Source: Camelus ferus (Eukaryota). Taken from it: 64,000 bases of DNA. Below, piece after piece: positions 1 to 13,198 of the stretch. Location of the stretch: NCBI RefSeq assembly GCF_009834535.1, contig NC_045698.1:6574001-6638000 (forward strand), written 5' to 3'. The notes below the pieces were generated by a model. That model was given only the letters and a program-made list of their open reading frames with translations, was not told where the DNA came from and made no database searches. Both the position numbers and the translations under genes were made by a program. The first letter of the stretch is position 1; every line of letters begins with the position of its first letter.

Positions 1-229
1 AATCAATATTTCTGCCAAATGCAGAAAGAAGCAAAATTAAACGGTATTTTGAATTTGTTAAAACTATATTGAGAGAGAAAGGAAATGTAAACAGAGACTT
101 CACAGTAGTGCTAACGTGAAAATGAATGAGTGCAGAACGGACAAAGGAAGTGATGCGCCACTTCATCACCTCCCCAGGATCAGATCAGTTAAATGGAACT
201 AGACTCACTAATAACCCTCCTCAGACCCC

Positions 230-572
230 ACGCTGTCCCACTCTACCCTTCTGCCCTGAAAACTTTCTTCTATGTCCACATTGAACCTCATGCCTCCTAC
301 GAGGTCCAGATCAAGCACCAGCTCCCCCCTTCCCATAACCGTTTCTCCAGCGAGAAGCAAGGACCCCTACACCAAACCTCCTTAGGTACAGTCATCTCCA
401 CCGCCCTCAGCTCGCACTGTGTCACAGCCTGGCTTCTTCTGCCTTGCGACCTGGCTTCCCTGCTGCACAGCAGGACCACACAGGAGAGCCTGTGCCCTGC
501 TCATGACTATAGCCCCTCAAGGCCCACCATATTTTTTGCACATGGAAAATACTTAATGTTTGTTGAATGAAA
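230..572 (+). mobile_element. L2 3' end (degraded)
   Basis: Ends gcacatggaaaatacttaatgtttgttgaatgaa, the typical L2 terminus. Confidence 0.6.
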
Positions 573-804
573 GGATCAAGCAACATTTGCAAAGAGTGGC
601 ATGAAGGGTCGAGCTGAGGCAGGAGGATGCCGGGGAACAGGTGGGTTTTGGAAGCACAGGAAACATGTGAATGAACTGCAAATGAGGAGATCACAATTTT
701 GGCAGAGAAATAGTAAAAGTTTCAGGGTAGAATTTACTGAGAATAGGGGTAGTAAACACATTTATCTGTTTGAAATGAAAAGATCAAAGCTATAAGTAAT
801 GAAA

Positions 805-1135
805 TCAAATAAATTATGGCATATCCATACTATTAAATATTATACAGCTTGTAAAACCAAATGCAGTAAAACTCTACACACGGGCATAAAAATCCAATAC
901 TGCTGCTGAGTGAAAAAAAATAATATGTAGACACTTATTTACCTACAGAGAGAGAAAGAAGAGGGAAAGAAAGAGCAAGGTCCAACTATTGACTGAAATA
1001 AAGCAAATGATTTTTATCTTTAAATGTTTGTAGGTGAAAGAAAATTCTGATTACTCCTAAGCACGGTGGCTATTTTATATTCTTCTGTACTGTTTGAATT
1101 TTCAACAAGGATTTATTAATTTTGTAACTCAAAGT
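805..1135 (+). mobile_element. Old L1 (L1ME-like) 3' fragment
   Basis: aaataaattatggcatatccatactattaaatattatacagc...ctgagtgaaaaaa. Confidence 0.6.
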
Positions 1136-1168
1136 GAGTAAAATATTTAGGTTTAAAAGGAGTGAATG

Positions 1169-1270
1169 TGAGGAGGGTGCAGCTCAAGTGACAGAGCACA
1201 TGCTTTAGCATGTAGAAGGTCCTGGGTTCAATCCCCTAATTACCTCTCCTCCCCGTCAAAAAATAAAATA
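1169..1270 (+). mobile_element. Camelid tRNA-derived SINE (Vic-1-like), internally deleted
   Basis: A-box-like cagctcaagtga, B-box ggttcaatccc, taattacct 3' motif, A-rich tail. TSD agtgaatg at 1161-1168 and 1271-1278. Confidence 0.85.
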
Positions 1271-2734
1271 AGTGAATGGGGTGAGGTTAGTTTTATGGAT
1301 TAACTAATGAGACTGGAGCCAGAATGTCCATGTTTAGATTCAGCTCAGGTTGACTCACTAGGCAGTAAGGCCAGAAAATGATGAAAGAACAGAAGCTTAA
1401 GGGCAGGACAGAAAGCAGGACAAGTTTAAAGCGGGGGTGGTTAGAAGGTAGAAATGCTAGCAGAGCAGAGGCCAACTTCCCATACAGAACAGGGACTTCC
1501 TACCATTCTCATTTAAAGTCGGGTGATGAACAGTCACGATGAAAATATATGACACGCAAGTGTAAACTAGGAGTTTACCTGAGAAGAAAAGAAACTTTCA
1601 TTCTTACTAAGGAAATGATATTGATTTTATCAGCCTCGACAGGCTGTATTATGCGAAGTCCTCTGCTTATACTGAGAAGACATGAGCAGGTGCACAGGCT
1701 CTGACGGTCACTTTCCATCCTGACATGGAGATCCTATGTTTTGTCCTCAAAGTTGCCACTGTAGCTGGGTAAGTAGCACACGCCTGTGAAATCACTACAG
1801 GGCAGTTAGCACACATTTGGTTCATAAGCAGTAGACTGTGTTTCCGGTTGAGTGTCTAATGGTACTTTCTGTAACATCCTGTGTAAGAGGCACTATGTTA
1901 CAGTTACTCTTGCTGTTCTGGAAAGTTCCCGTAGCTCGCTCTGATTACAACCACAGCACCACAAGCAGCAGCTCATTAGCCACGGAGATAAGAGAGGAGG
2001 CGGGGCTGTGCTTTCACTCACAAGCACCTCATTCTGGAAAGTCAGACGTTTCCCAAGCCGGGCAGTCGTTATTTGAGGACACGTCCTTGCAGCGGAGACA
2101 GATCTATCTAGTCAGTAACTAATCTCATTGATCATGATACATTGGCAAGTGTGGAAGAAAGCTACCTAAATGGGAAGTCCAAAAAAAAAAGTTTGTTTTC
2201 ACCTTGCAGAATCCAGTATTTCTTTAATGATTGCCATTTTTGAAACTCAAATATGAGACACTTGTTGGTGGCTATGGCTGTTTAACAACAAAACTCGCTT
2301 TTTTTATTTGACACACACAAACACAGAGAGAGAGAGAGAGAGAAATTTTAAGGGGCTTAAAAGTATTCATACACTTTGCCTTGGCGGTTTCATCTCCAGG
2401 ACGTTCTCCAAAGGAATTCATCAGCTATTTCAACAAAGATTTATGCTGAAATATGTATCTTCTGGTCTGATTATTATGTAATACCAGGAAGCTTCTGTTC
2501 AGAGAAAGGGAATTGATTCTACACAAATGAAGTACATCAGAAAAAGAAAATACTGTTTTTAAGAGAAATTTTAGAGACATGAGAAATACTCAAGACAGTA
2601 TTAAGCGTATGAGCGGGAACGTCAGCTCGGTACCTGGCATAAAAACCAGCGCCCGCAGGCACTCAGGGCGCACCCACACAAGTGAGTGCTCCTGCGTGCA
2701 CACACACATACTCTCATATTGAAATGTAAACACC

Positions 2735-2915
2735 AGGAGCCTGGGCTCTGAGTCTGACTGTAAACTGGATGCAAATCCCAGCTCAGCCTCTTGCTGGTTC
2801 TATGTCCCCTATTTCCATCTTCAAGTGGGGATAACCTTTGAGGATTTAATTTTGTAATCAATGTGAAACACTCAGAACACCACCAGCCCCACTGTAAGTA
2901 CTCACTAACGGTTAG
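2735..2915 (+). mobile_element. MIR SINE
   Basis: ggctctgagtctgactg...caaatcccagctc...aagtggggataa...aatgtgaaacactcagaacac...gtaagtactca. Confidence 0.7.
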
Positions 2916-4424
2916 ACACATAATCGTGTGGATTTTCGCTGTTACAATTAACATCTGGAGGAAAATAGTCCCAGCCATTAGAACGTTCTGAGATACGTGC
3001 TTCTGCATAATTGTTTGAATACTTTTGGGGGTTGTTTTTGCAAGTTTACTGCGAATGGGCATGTGTGATCATTAACATCAGAAGAAATGTTTATGGATTC
3101 TTTTACTGGGAAAATTCTACAGAGAAGAATGAAGATGAATTAGGGATATAAGCCCCCTCTCTGACTCATGTTCTTCATGAGAGGACAGAAGCAGTTCCAT
3201 CTACTAAGTCCAGTCTCTGCATTTTGTTTACATCTGTTGTGCCTGAAGATGCTAGCAAGCACGGGGAACGTGGTGTCGAAATCAACCGCTAATTATTTTT
3301 AAAAGGATCAGAACGCTTGTATCTCTTCAGAGTTAGATCACCATCTGAAAGGCATCCTGCTTCTGCATCCGAGGGGTCCTCTTGAGAGAAGAGCTGATCA
3401 GTGCTATAAACTTCAGAGAAAAATATAACAACAAAAATAAAACAAACAAACAAAAAATAGAACAATATAATACACCTAATTTCTCTGGAAGAAATTCTGT
3501 ATGGCCAAAGATTTTTCTCACAGTAGGAAACTAGAGCTTAAATTAGATTTTTTTACCTAAGCAGCACATTGACCCAAAACCCGCTGGCTGAAGCAGGCAA
3601 GAAAAAACACAAATCAAGAAAAACAGGAGGTTCTGAAGCCTAGAAAAACTATGACAACTGCGCGGCATCAAATGTCAGATCAAATAAAGGGTGTCTGCAG
3701 TAGTTGTCCATAACTTCCTAAGCAGAAGTCTGAAGTGTTCAAAAGCACATGGCTGGAGTCTTCATTTATCTTGTGAGCTTCCACCAGGCGCCATACTGAA
3801 GATAAAGTACAATGAGATCATAACCCTTCAAAAGTTTAGTTTATTGTCCAGTATTTTTCTCTAGTGGTTAATGGTGATTCTCAGAGATTAGAACAGAAGA
3901 GGTTATAGGAAGAGGCAAGAGTGCGGACACACTGAGAAAACAATTTCCTAGCCGATGAGAGCCACCGTAGAGCAGAGAAGTCCAGCACGGTTTAGGTACA
4001 ATCCAGGCGTGCCAGAGACCCATCCCTTCAGCCTCCAGATGACAAGCCTCCACCATTTACCAAATCTACCCACACAACATTACCATTTTCTGCATGCAAT
4101 GACAAGAAAAACTTTGGAAAAGATAATGAGAACCTGCGAATCAGGGACCCAAGTTGAATCCAGTCAAGATACTATGACTCAGGGAACTCAACCTTCTGAC
4201 TGGGCAATCGAGAAAAGAACAGTGCTAGGACTTGAATTCACACGTGTTTGATTCAAAACTCACCATGCTATCCTGTGTCACCAATGGTATAATGATTGAT
4301 TGCTTTAGGTAAGCTGGCAATGGTACAAACCCCACAAAGTCCCATGTTTAAAAAGCATGGCAGAGTGTATGCTTTCAAAAGTCAGATGGTTCTAAAGTGC
4401 TTGTCACTCTGGATAGATTAATTC

Positions 4425-4772
4425 CAATGATCCAGAAATACATCCAAGAAAAATGAAAATATAGGTCGACACAAAAAAACTTGTACATGAGTACAACAAG
4501 TAGCAGAGCCAGTCACAATAGTTCCCAAAAGTGGAAACAACGTGGAAGTCCATCAACTAAGTAATGGTGACTGGAAAAAGAGAACGTGAAATCACCTACA
4601 ATGCAATATTATTCAGCTAGAAGAGAAGAAGAAAGTGCTGATACAGCCACAGAATTAAATGGTGGTAACTGCACAACACTGTGAATACAGGAAAAGTGCT
4701 GTAAATGTTAAAAAAGTGAATTTTAGGGTATGTCAATTACATTATCAGGTAAAGCTGTTATAAAAAATAATC
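4425..4772 (+). mobile_element. L1MB-like 3' fragment
   Basis: aaaatgaaaatatagg...cacaaaaaaacttgtacatga, aaaagtggaaacaac, gtgaattttagggtatgtcaattaca...taaagctgtta. Confidence 0.75.
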
Positions 4773-6654
4773 CAAATTCCAACTCAGGCTACCAGGTTCC
4801 TGTGATGACGATTCCAGCAGCAGAAGCTAGAATTAGGGTAGTTGGCGCCTGGCTGATTTCCCAGAGGGACCTTGCGGGGTCTTTTCAGTTTGGCTTCAGC
4901 AGTGGTGCCTGCAGGGTGGCAGTGACTGTGGGGAGCCCATAAGAAAGGAGAGAGCTCTTCATATATTAAGCTTTTCACAAACTGGGTTCCCATGAGACTG
5001 ACATAAATGGGGGATGGGGTGGATGAACTACTGGTATTTACAAAAGTAAAAGAGTTATACAAAAACCAACCTGCAACTGACATGGTTATTTCATGGTTTG
5101 CAGGCTGCGATGCACCAGTTACCCAGACAGCCGGCTGCCACACACATATTCACAGAACGACTGCCCCTACAATAATTTTAAATAGCTTTTGCTATTTACA
5201 ATTAGAAATTACTTTATAATTTCTATTATCCACCATCATAAATTCCCTCACCATTTATATTACTTACATTCTATTACTTATTAATTACGTTGGCGGAGAC
5301 CTGGCTCCAAGCCCAAGAGCTGGCCTCTCCAGCATGCATGCCGTGTGCACCCTTGGATAATCCCCAGGGATGATGCCCACACTTCCTCATCCAAAAATAC
5401 TGAATAGAAATTCCTATTCTTTACCCAGTGTTTTTCCAATGTGAAAGCAATTAAGGCAGATAGCTAAGGAAAGTTCTTCCAGTATTGTTCATTCTCCAAA
5501 GAGAAGAGTGAATGGTAGAACCAATGGGCATGTGGATGGCTGGGTGGCCATCTGTAAAAACTGTGTCCACGTACTTGGACATATTCCTTAAACTATGTCT
5601 ACATAGTTCTTAGAAGACTAAGAATCTTGTGCCACGTGTCAGCCAGAGAGAACGTTTCTCACCGTCTCCACCCTGGATCATGAAACATGCTCTTCTGGAT
5701 CTCTAACCTACCCCAGGGACCACAGTTCCACCTCCTACTGTGAAGTCCCCATCACACAACACCTGTGTGATGACTCGGACTCAGCAGTCCCTTGTCGTCC
5801 TCGTCTCAGCCCTTAAATATCAGTCTCACACCTCCCTCCACTGTTCCCACAGCATGAGGCCACAGAGTGCTGTGACTGTCAAGTTAGCGTTTCAGATCAC
5901 AAATAGTTATGCTGTCCCCAGATCACAATTTGGTAAATCTTCAGCAAGCGTAACTTCACAAATCAATTCCTGGACCACTGAAGATTCTCATCCTACAGGG
6001 GTTCTCTGGGCAGGATTCTCCTCCCACAGGGATTTTCCTAAGGAGTTTCAATTATAAGAAGGGGCCCGAGATTGCTAGCTAAGGATAACACAGCCTTAAC
6101 AAACAGCTGCCTCTTCTTTTGGCCACCAGCATTTCCTCCAGTGCAGTGTCTCTGAGCAGGCAAGCACTGTCTTCAGCGTGCTCTGATAAATCAAATGCAA
6201 GCCTGTCCCAGTCCCAGTGGGCCCCACAGATGAATCACTTGACAGTCCTCTGCATTGGTCTACAGCATGGAGAACCGTGTCCTTATTTGCTATAACCACA
6301 TGCTTAAAATGATTAACTCTGCACCGAAACACACACACACGTCAGACTCGGGCGTCTGAACCCTTTTCTCTTGGTCCACTCTTTTCACTGAACATCAGTC
6401 TATACAGAGGATCCACAGAACATCCACATATCTTACAATTAATAAATAAAGTGATTTTGCTTGAAGCCAAGGACTAATTAGTTCCATGTAAACATACAAC
6501 CACAGCACTACAAAGGACTTCGACAGCTTATCTCATCTATCGACACTTCCCTGGAAGTTTTACAAGTGACACGTTTGAACCTCACCCTCAGCTTCAAACG
6601 AGATGCTAAGATTTGTCTCTAATTCCACCAATTCCACCAGTCCTTCCAGCGATT

Positions 6655-6860
6655 TTTGGAATCAGACAGATATGAGTTCGAATTCAGCCTACCTTCTAAT
6701 TTGAGAGCTTGAGAAGAGTTTCCTAACCTTTGCTAAACCTCTTTCTTCATCTAAAATACTAGTAGCACCTAATGGTCATGGTTTTTGTGAGGACCACATG
6801 AGTTCACACTTTCCGTCTTCCCGACACATCACCCGGCATGTATTAGTGGTCCATGCTGAA
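6655..6860 (+). mobile_element. MIR SINE
   Basis: ttggaatcagacagatatgagttcgaattc...cttcatctaaaat...ggtttttgtgagga. Confidence 0.65.
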
Positions 6861-7434
6861 TGGCCTTCTCTCCCTGTCCCAGCTGGTGTTCTGACTGAAT
6901 CATGCCTGGCTTTTTCTTTTTCTTCCATCTATCCTCAATGTAGCCTAAATGTCTCTGTCCTGACTCTCAGTGCTTGATCGTGACAGTCCCTGAGCATGGC
7001 CGGCAAGATGCCACACAACCTCACTCCAAACTCCTGCCTCACCTTCCACCAGGCACCAGGCATGACTCAGCATTCTTGAGACACCAGCGTGCTCACACAC
7101 CTTTTTGCTCTTTATGCTCAGAAAGCCTTCTCCCAGACACAACTCCCCATCTACACCCCTTCCTGCCCTGTGAAGGCCCATCTCAGAGGCAAAAGCTCAG
7201 CTATTGAGGCATTACAGCCCCAGGAGAACTAGTTCTTCCTTCAGCCTGGCACTCAAAACCCACTGCATACACCCTTCATCATTCCACTTACACACTGATA
7301 GCATCATTCATGAACTGAGTTCCCCAGCACAACATCAGCCCGTGGGGAGAGACAGTCTTCTCAGTACACTTCTTTTTAATCACAACAGAAAGCTTAGACA
7401 TGAAACAGTACGGATGTTTGTGAGACAAAGGAGG

Positions 7435-7620
7435 AGGTGCAGAGCAGTTAAGAAGCCCTGCTCCTCCACCAGATTTCCTGAGTTTCAGTCCCCGCCTTGC
7501 CCCTTGCTGGACGAGTGACTTTGGGCAAGTTACTTAACCTCCCTAAGCTCAGCTGCCTCATTATGAAATGAGGATATTAATTGTACTCTCCTCGTGGGTT
7601 GCTGGGAAGAGTGTAATATT
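7435..7620 (+). mobile_element. MIR SINE
   Basis: Core gtgactttgggcaagttacttaacctccctaagctcag...aaatgaggata. Confidence 0.85.
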
Positions 7621-10600
7621 GAATTCTTTACATGCATCGTCTCACACTGACTAGCACGCAATGATTAACACACACCTGCTGTCACACTGGAATGAAAATT
7701 GGAACCCCTAATTTTAAGCCATCCTATACTCTGTTGAAAAATGGGCCAATCTTCTTTGCTGCATATTCCTTGTCAGTGCTCGAAGGCTTAAGCCTGAGAA
7801 ACAAATAATAAAATAGAAGGGGCTGAACGAAGAGAAACAGAAGCCGTAAACACACAGCTCTCCTCTTGTACCATTAGAGCTGGGCAGGAACACAGTAAAG
7901 GTACTACATGGTGTTTACATCCAAGTTCTAAGACAGGCTCAGTGTCCTACTATGAATCAGTTTTAGAAGATGTACATACGGTCCTGATAGCAATTTCCCC
8001 ATCTATGAAACCCGGGGCTGTCACATTCCTCCTAACCATGGTGATACATGCTTTCAGTAGCTGCCGGCAACGAGGTTAAACTAAGCAGGATACGTCAATG
8101 ATTTTTTTCCTAATCAAAGCCATAAAGTCAAGTGGTTTCAACCAGCCAGTCTCCAAAATACGTACGGGAGAAAAACAGGACTCAACTGGCAGCTCGGTTA
8201 CCCATAACTTTCAAAACCAGCAATACATCTCCCAGCCAAGGCGAAGCCATGTTATAAGATTTAGTAACAGCTCAAAGTCTCTAAAATGCTGTATCACTAG
8301 ATTCTGTATTTAATCAAATTATTTTGAAATGTATATTTGCAGTGATGAGGGATCTGAAGGCTCCTCTTATAAAGGATCATTTCAGTGTCCCACTGGCACA
8401 TAATTTGCAAAGAAATAATTTCCCCTTACTAGGCAGAAATCATGATTAAACTAACCTCTGGCATCTAGGTCTTAAGATCACAGGATGAAAATAACCACAA
8501 ATGAATGAACAAACATTAAGGACTTCCAGGTGAACTGTCTCAGGTGACTCCCAAAGGTTAACTCACAGAAGGAGGACGCTGGCATTACAGCCGAGAGCCA
8601 ACAAATACTGAGCTGTTCTGCTGTCTCTCTCTTTCCAGCAGGTACTAGATTCCAGAAGGGCTTATCCAGGCCACCCAAAGAAAGGGTGAGTATAAGGTAA
8701 CCAGCTCCTGGGCATGTTCCCTCGCTGACTGAATAAGACGCGCTGTGGTTTGGAAGCAGCCTCCGGAGTCACAGAATGCTAATCAAGACACTCGTTATTT
8801 CATCCCACCGCAAACAGCAGGCCAAGCGGCCAGCTCCAGGCACGTCCTCGCGGTCTGTGTTTGCGCACGTTCAAACACCTTGCTTGTTACAGCATTTCTG
8901 TCCCTTCTGAGAATCTGAGTAACACTTAGGGATGGCTTCACAGAAAAATGGTCTCCCCAGAGATCCAAAATTCTGCAGAAATTTCACAATGGGGACTGTC
9001 CAATGTGCTCTCACAAAGCTCTCCCCCCTCATCCAAGAGCCGTGAACCGTCTCTAACTCAGGGCTTGTCAAACATCCCATTCATACATCAGCACCTTGCT
9101 TCACTTTAAGCAATATTTAAAGCGAAGTTTCTGAAGGCCCAGGACAACGTTCCTTTCAAACCCGGTCACCTCCCCCCACCCTCCCGGAGTTGAGTGGTTT
9201 ATAGTGTATAAAAGCCAGTGGGGTTCTGGTGGAAGCGGGGCTACAGTGGGAAGAGAGAGTGCTTGGAGCTGGGCAGACCTGAGTCAGAGACAGACCTTGG
9301 CCAAGTTTTTTCAGCTCTGTGAGGCAGGACAAGGACACACACACCTACCTCGCGGGGTGATGGCAAGGACTGAATGAGCAAACACCTGCAAAAGGTCGCC
9401 AGAGAGCCTGCTGCCCAGCTCAGGGTCAGCAATTAGGAATGAGTTCTCATGGCCTTTTAGATGGGGGACTTCAAACATGCCAGATTCTCTTCCATCTCAC
9501 TCATCACTCCTCGCTGACTAAACCACATGGACGACGTTCTTGAGCAGACAACGTCTGTAAGAGGGGCACCAGTGCTGCTTCCAGAAGCACACACAGCATC
9601 TTACACACTCGTGTGAGAAGCGAGCAGAGAAGGGGACTCACGGGCCAGTGGAAATGACCCAAAATGGTCAACATCTGAGCTCTCTCTTTACCTACCATGT
9701 CATAAAGGACTTTGGGTTTCTAATTCCCCATGACAACGCTGAGACATGTCTCTTGTCTTCACTAGTTAGAGAAACGGACATGAGAGAAAGAATTTGTTAG
9801 AAATCAAATAAAGAGAACATAGTTAAAATGGCACCACCAAATTAGCTCTGTCTCAAAGGGCTTCACGTGCCCCACAGCAGGAATCGTCCAAATAGATATA
9901 TTTTCCTAGTGGCAATTGTTTTTTCACCATTGAGTTTAGCAAAGTCACAGACACCTATTTACAATATTATTTTAAAAAAGCGTAACATAAGCTTTCAAAA
10001 GGATGGCCAGCGGGTATAGTCTCATAAAGACTCTACCCTAGATTTATTAAAAATAAATACAATAATCAAAGCCTAGGAAATTAGGCAGCTAAAAATATTT
10101 TCTCCAACATGAAACAAACTACCCTCATGTCGGTATTCAAATCTAGTGAGATTTGAGTGTATTTCTGCTTTGCGAGGGAAAAAAGAAACACTGGTTTTCC
10201 TCTTCAATGAAGGGAAACTATGGATATCAAAAAATTAACATTTTGACTTATACCAATGATTCAAGTATCAAATTTAAACATTAAATATTTATTGGATATG
10301 TAAAGCATGTATAGCACCAAACTATATTTTTAAAATAAGTTAAAGAAGTCTACACAGTATTAAGGAGCTTAAAATCAAATTTAAGGAGAAAAAAATATAT
10401 ACATGAGTTGACTACTAAGAACTGATAAAAATACTGTGTGGAAAAGCATAAGCTATTTGTAGAGTTAACACTTAAATTGGAAATGTTTGTACCAAGAGAA
10501 TGGACAGAAAAGATATAGAAAAGGAATTAACCCAATGCAAGAAAGTATTTTGTGGTACACAGTTTCAAATAGATCTTTAAGGAAAGATTAAATGCTTATT

Positions 10601-10631
10601 GTTACAAAATTTGGAAAATGGAAAAGAAGAA

Positions 10632-10672
10632 ATTCTAGAATGAGAAACATGTGATTCTAGAATGAGAAACAT
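10632..10672. repeat. 19-bp direct duplication (attctagaatgagaaacat)
   Basis: 10632-10650 is identical to 10654-10672. Confidence 0.9.
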
Positions 10673-10702
10673 CAGATTTCTCATAAAATAAACACCATAT
10701 AT

Positions 10703-10943
10703 CAGAGTTTCTTAATCTCAGCATTACTGGCATTTGGATGGGATAATTCATTGTTGTGGGGGGTCAGGGGCTCTCGGAGCACTGGAGGGTATTTAGCAGC
10801 CTTGTTTGCCACTACCTAGGGGATGCCAGTAGCTCAAGACAATAGTCTTGACAATCAACATGTCTCTAGATATTGACAAATATCCCTGGTTTGGGTGAGA
10901 GAGTTGGGGTGCAAATCACCTTCCATCCCACTGAGAATCACTG
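10703..10943 (-). mobile_element. MER20 (hAT-Charlie) DNA transposon
   Basis: cagagtttcttaatctcagc...gatgccagtagc...atgtctctagatattgacaaatatccctgg...tgagaatcactg. Degenerate 8-bp TSD ccatatat/ctatatac. Confidence 0.88.
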
Positions 10944-11651
10944 CTATATACAAAGTTAAAATCTCAGAGAAATTTTTGACTTACGACATAACAAAAGGAC
11001 TACACACAAAAAAAGGAATGTTCCAATCTTTTCTTCATACTTCAATTTTCTTGTCTACTTACTATGCCAATATGATCCTGTAAATAGAATGTGCTACACA
11101 TACTAATCAAAACTATATCCTGAATCCCTACAACACACAATTTCACCACAAAGAAACGTGGGTTTTCACAAAATAGTTATATAATGGAAACCAGATAAAC
11201 GTGCTCGTTGCCACAGTAACAAGGATAGCACGGTTTGGTAAATGAAATGAACACTGTCAAAATTTGTAAGCAAATCCTTCATCTAATCCATTTCAAAAAC
11301 CTGAACAGGAACCCCAGATGTCTTGAGGAAGTATACTCTGATACTTCCGCTACCTGAATGCTTTCGTTCTGCTTTGCAGATGTTAAAAGGATTATAAGCC
11401 AAGTGTGCACCTGTGGGAGGGGCTGTAGGACCTTCACGGGGGTCAGCTGTGAAGAACAGAAAGAAAGAAAGCTTATTGCCTACCCCACTTCTCTTCTCCC
11501 CTTGCAGCTAAATGGCTTTTTTTTTTCAGTCCCAAGAGTCAACTGAGCCAATTCTTATCAATTGGTATGGCAGTCTCCAGGTGCCTCTGAACTCTGGGTG
11601 AAGACAGCACAATAATTATCTAAGATAAGGGGAGAGCCTCCAATCCCGCTT

Positions 11652-12001
11652 CACTACCATCACCACCACTTCCAGCATCATCATCACCACCACCATCACT
11701 ACCACCATCACCTCCATTACCACCATCTCCATCATCATCACCATCCCCAACATCACTACCACCACCATCTCCATCACCACCACACCTCTACTCCATCACC
11801 ACCACCTCCACCATCATCACCACCACCACCACTTCCAACATTAATACCATTTCCACCATTAACAACATCTCCACCATTAATACCACCACCACCATCATCT
11901 CCACCACCATCATTTACAACCACCACCACCACCACTACCACCACTATCACCATTATCATCACCACCACCATCACTACCACCATCATCATCACCACTACCA
12001 T
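11652..12001. repeat. Degenerate (CAC/CAT)n trinucleotide tract, about 350 bp
   Basis: Continuous caccaccatcac-type triplets seen directly. Confidence 0.97.
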
Positions 12002-12447
12002 TAGCTGGCATGAATCCCTACAACAAGGAATCCTGCAGCCCTGCACTGTGCTCTAGCACAAGCTAATCTTTCTTCAACAAAAGCCCACTAAACTTTCCCA
12101 GCATACACATCTTACCTACACTAGCCTTTATACTTCTAGAACTTCCACATTTCCAAAGCTTGCCAGAGTTGTTCTCTTGGCCTGCAACATGAGTTCTACA
12201 CAAATGCTTAACTTATCAACTTATTAAGTCAATGTGAAAATAAATTGGACTTGCAGAAAATACTGAAATTGTTCACAAATTAAAGAAATTCCATGTTATA
12301 AAGCAAGTTTTCCAGTGGATGAATATCCATTTATGTAAGTATTACACCGAGCTTAATAGGTGGCAGGTCCCACTCTCAATATTTTAGTTATTACCAAACT
12401 TGCCCCTGTAACAATCCAGTGAAACAATGACTATTCTTATTATCATC

Positions 12448-12672
12448 TTTTTTAATTAATAGACTTTATATTAATTATATACATTAATTATGTATAATTA
12501 ATATATGTTAATTTATTTTTTAAAGCAGCTTTAGTTTCATGGCAAAACTGGGGGAAAGATGCAGATTTCCATTATGCCCCTTGACCTCACATGTGCACAG
12601 CCTTCCCCACCATCAACATCCCCCACCAGAGTGAACCGCCACTGACACATCATTATCACTGAAAGTTACTAT
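12448..12672 (-). mobile_element. L1MB-type 3' end inserted into a MIR
   Basis: tttaattaatagacttta...ttttaaagcagctttagtttcatggcaaaactg...catcaacatcccccaccagagtg...cactgacacatcattatcac. Confidence 0.75.
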
Positions 12673-12679
12673 GCTCTTT

Positions 12680-12800
12680 GTATGAAGGAGGAAGCTTAGG
12701 CACAGGGACGTTAAGAAACATGCCAGTGGCCACAGCAAATGGCAGAGCTGAGATTCGAACCCAGGTAGCAGCCTCTCCAGGGTCTCTAAACCACTCCACT
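12680..12800 (-). mobile_element. MIR SINE (other half at about 12330-12447)
   Basis: gaggaagcttaggcacagggacgttaag...gcagagctgagattcgaacccagg. Confidence 0.75.
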
Positions 12801-13079
12801 CTGCAGACACTCTAAACTGAAAACAGTTCCAAAGCAAATTTTATGTTATATCTTTTGTAATACATGTATTTTTTGTAGATTTGTAACTTATATATTTTAA
12901 ATGAATGTCATAGATTGATACAGAGCTCCAGGAACCTTTGGTCTGTTGATTTTCAACCCTTTTGTCTAACAACAGAATCCGATTTTCAAAAGCCTTGACC
13001 CCAGCACCCCCCACTTAGAGTACTTTGGGGAAAATCTGGGGCCATTTTAAACCAAAGTAGAAACCACTGATTCTACTTC

Positions 13080-13198
13080 AACTTTCTCTTTTCACAGACA
13101 TGGAAATTGAGGCCCTAGGAGGGAAAGTCTTTGGCCAGAGAACCACTGAGCTAGCTGATAACAGAGCTGAAACCAGGACCCAGGCATCCTATCCCAGT
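13080..13198 (-). mobile_element. MIR-family SINE
   Basis: tttcacagacatggaaattgaggccc...cagagctgaaaccaggacccagg. Confidence 0.65.

Noticed and set aside
1575..1600. Recursive-splice-like cag|gtaaac after a pyrimidine tract (similar one near 943)
   Set aside because: The regenerated donor is weak, and the 943 case lies in an L1 remnant.
11774..12046. Poly-Val/Gly ORF
   Set aside because: Translation of the CAC/CAT simple repeat.
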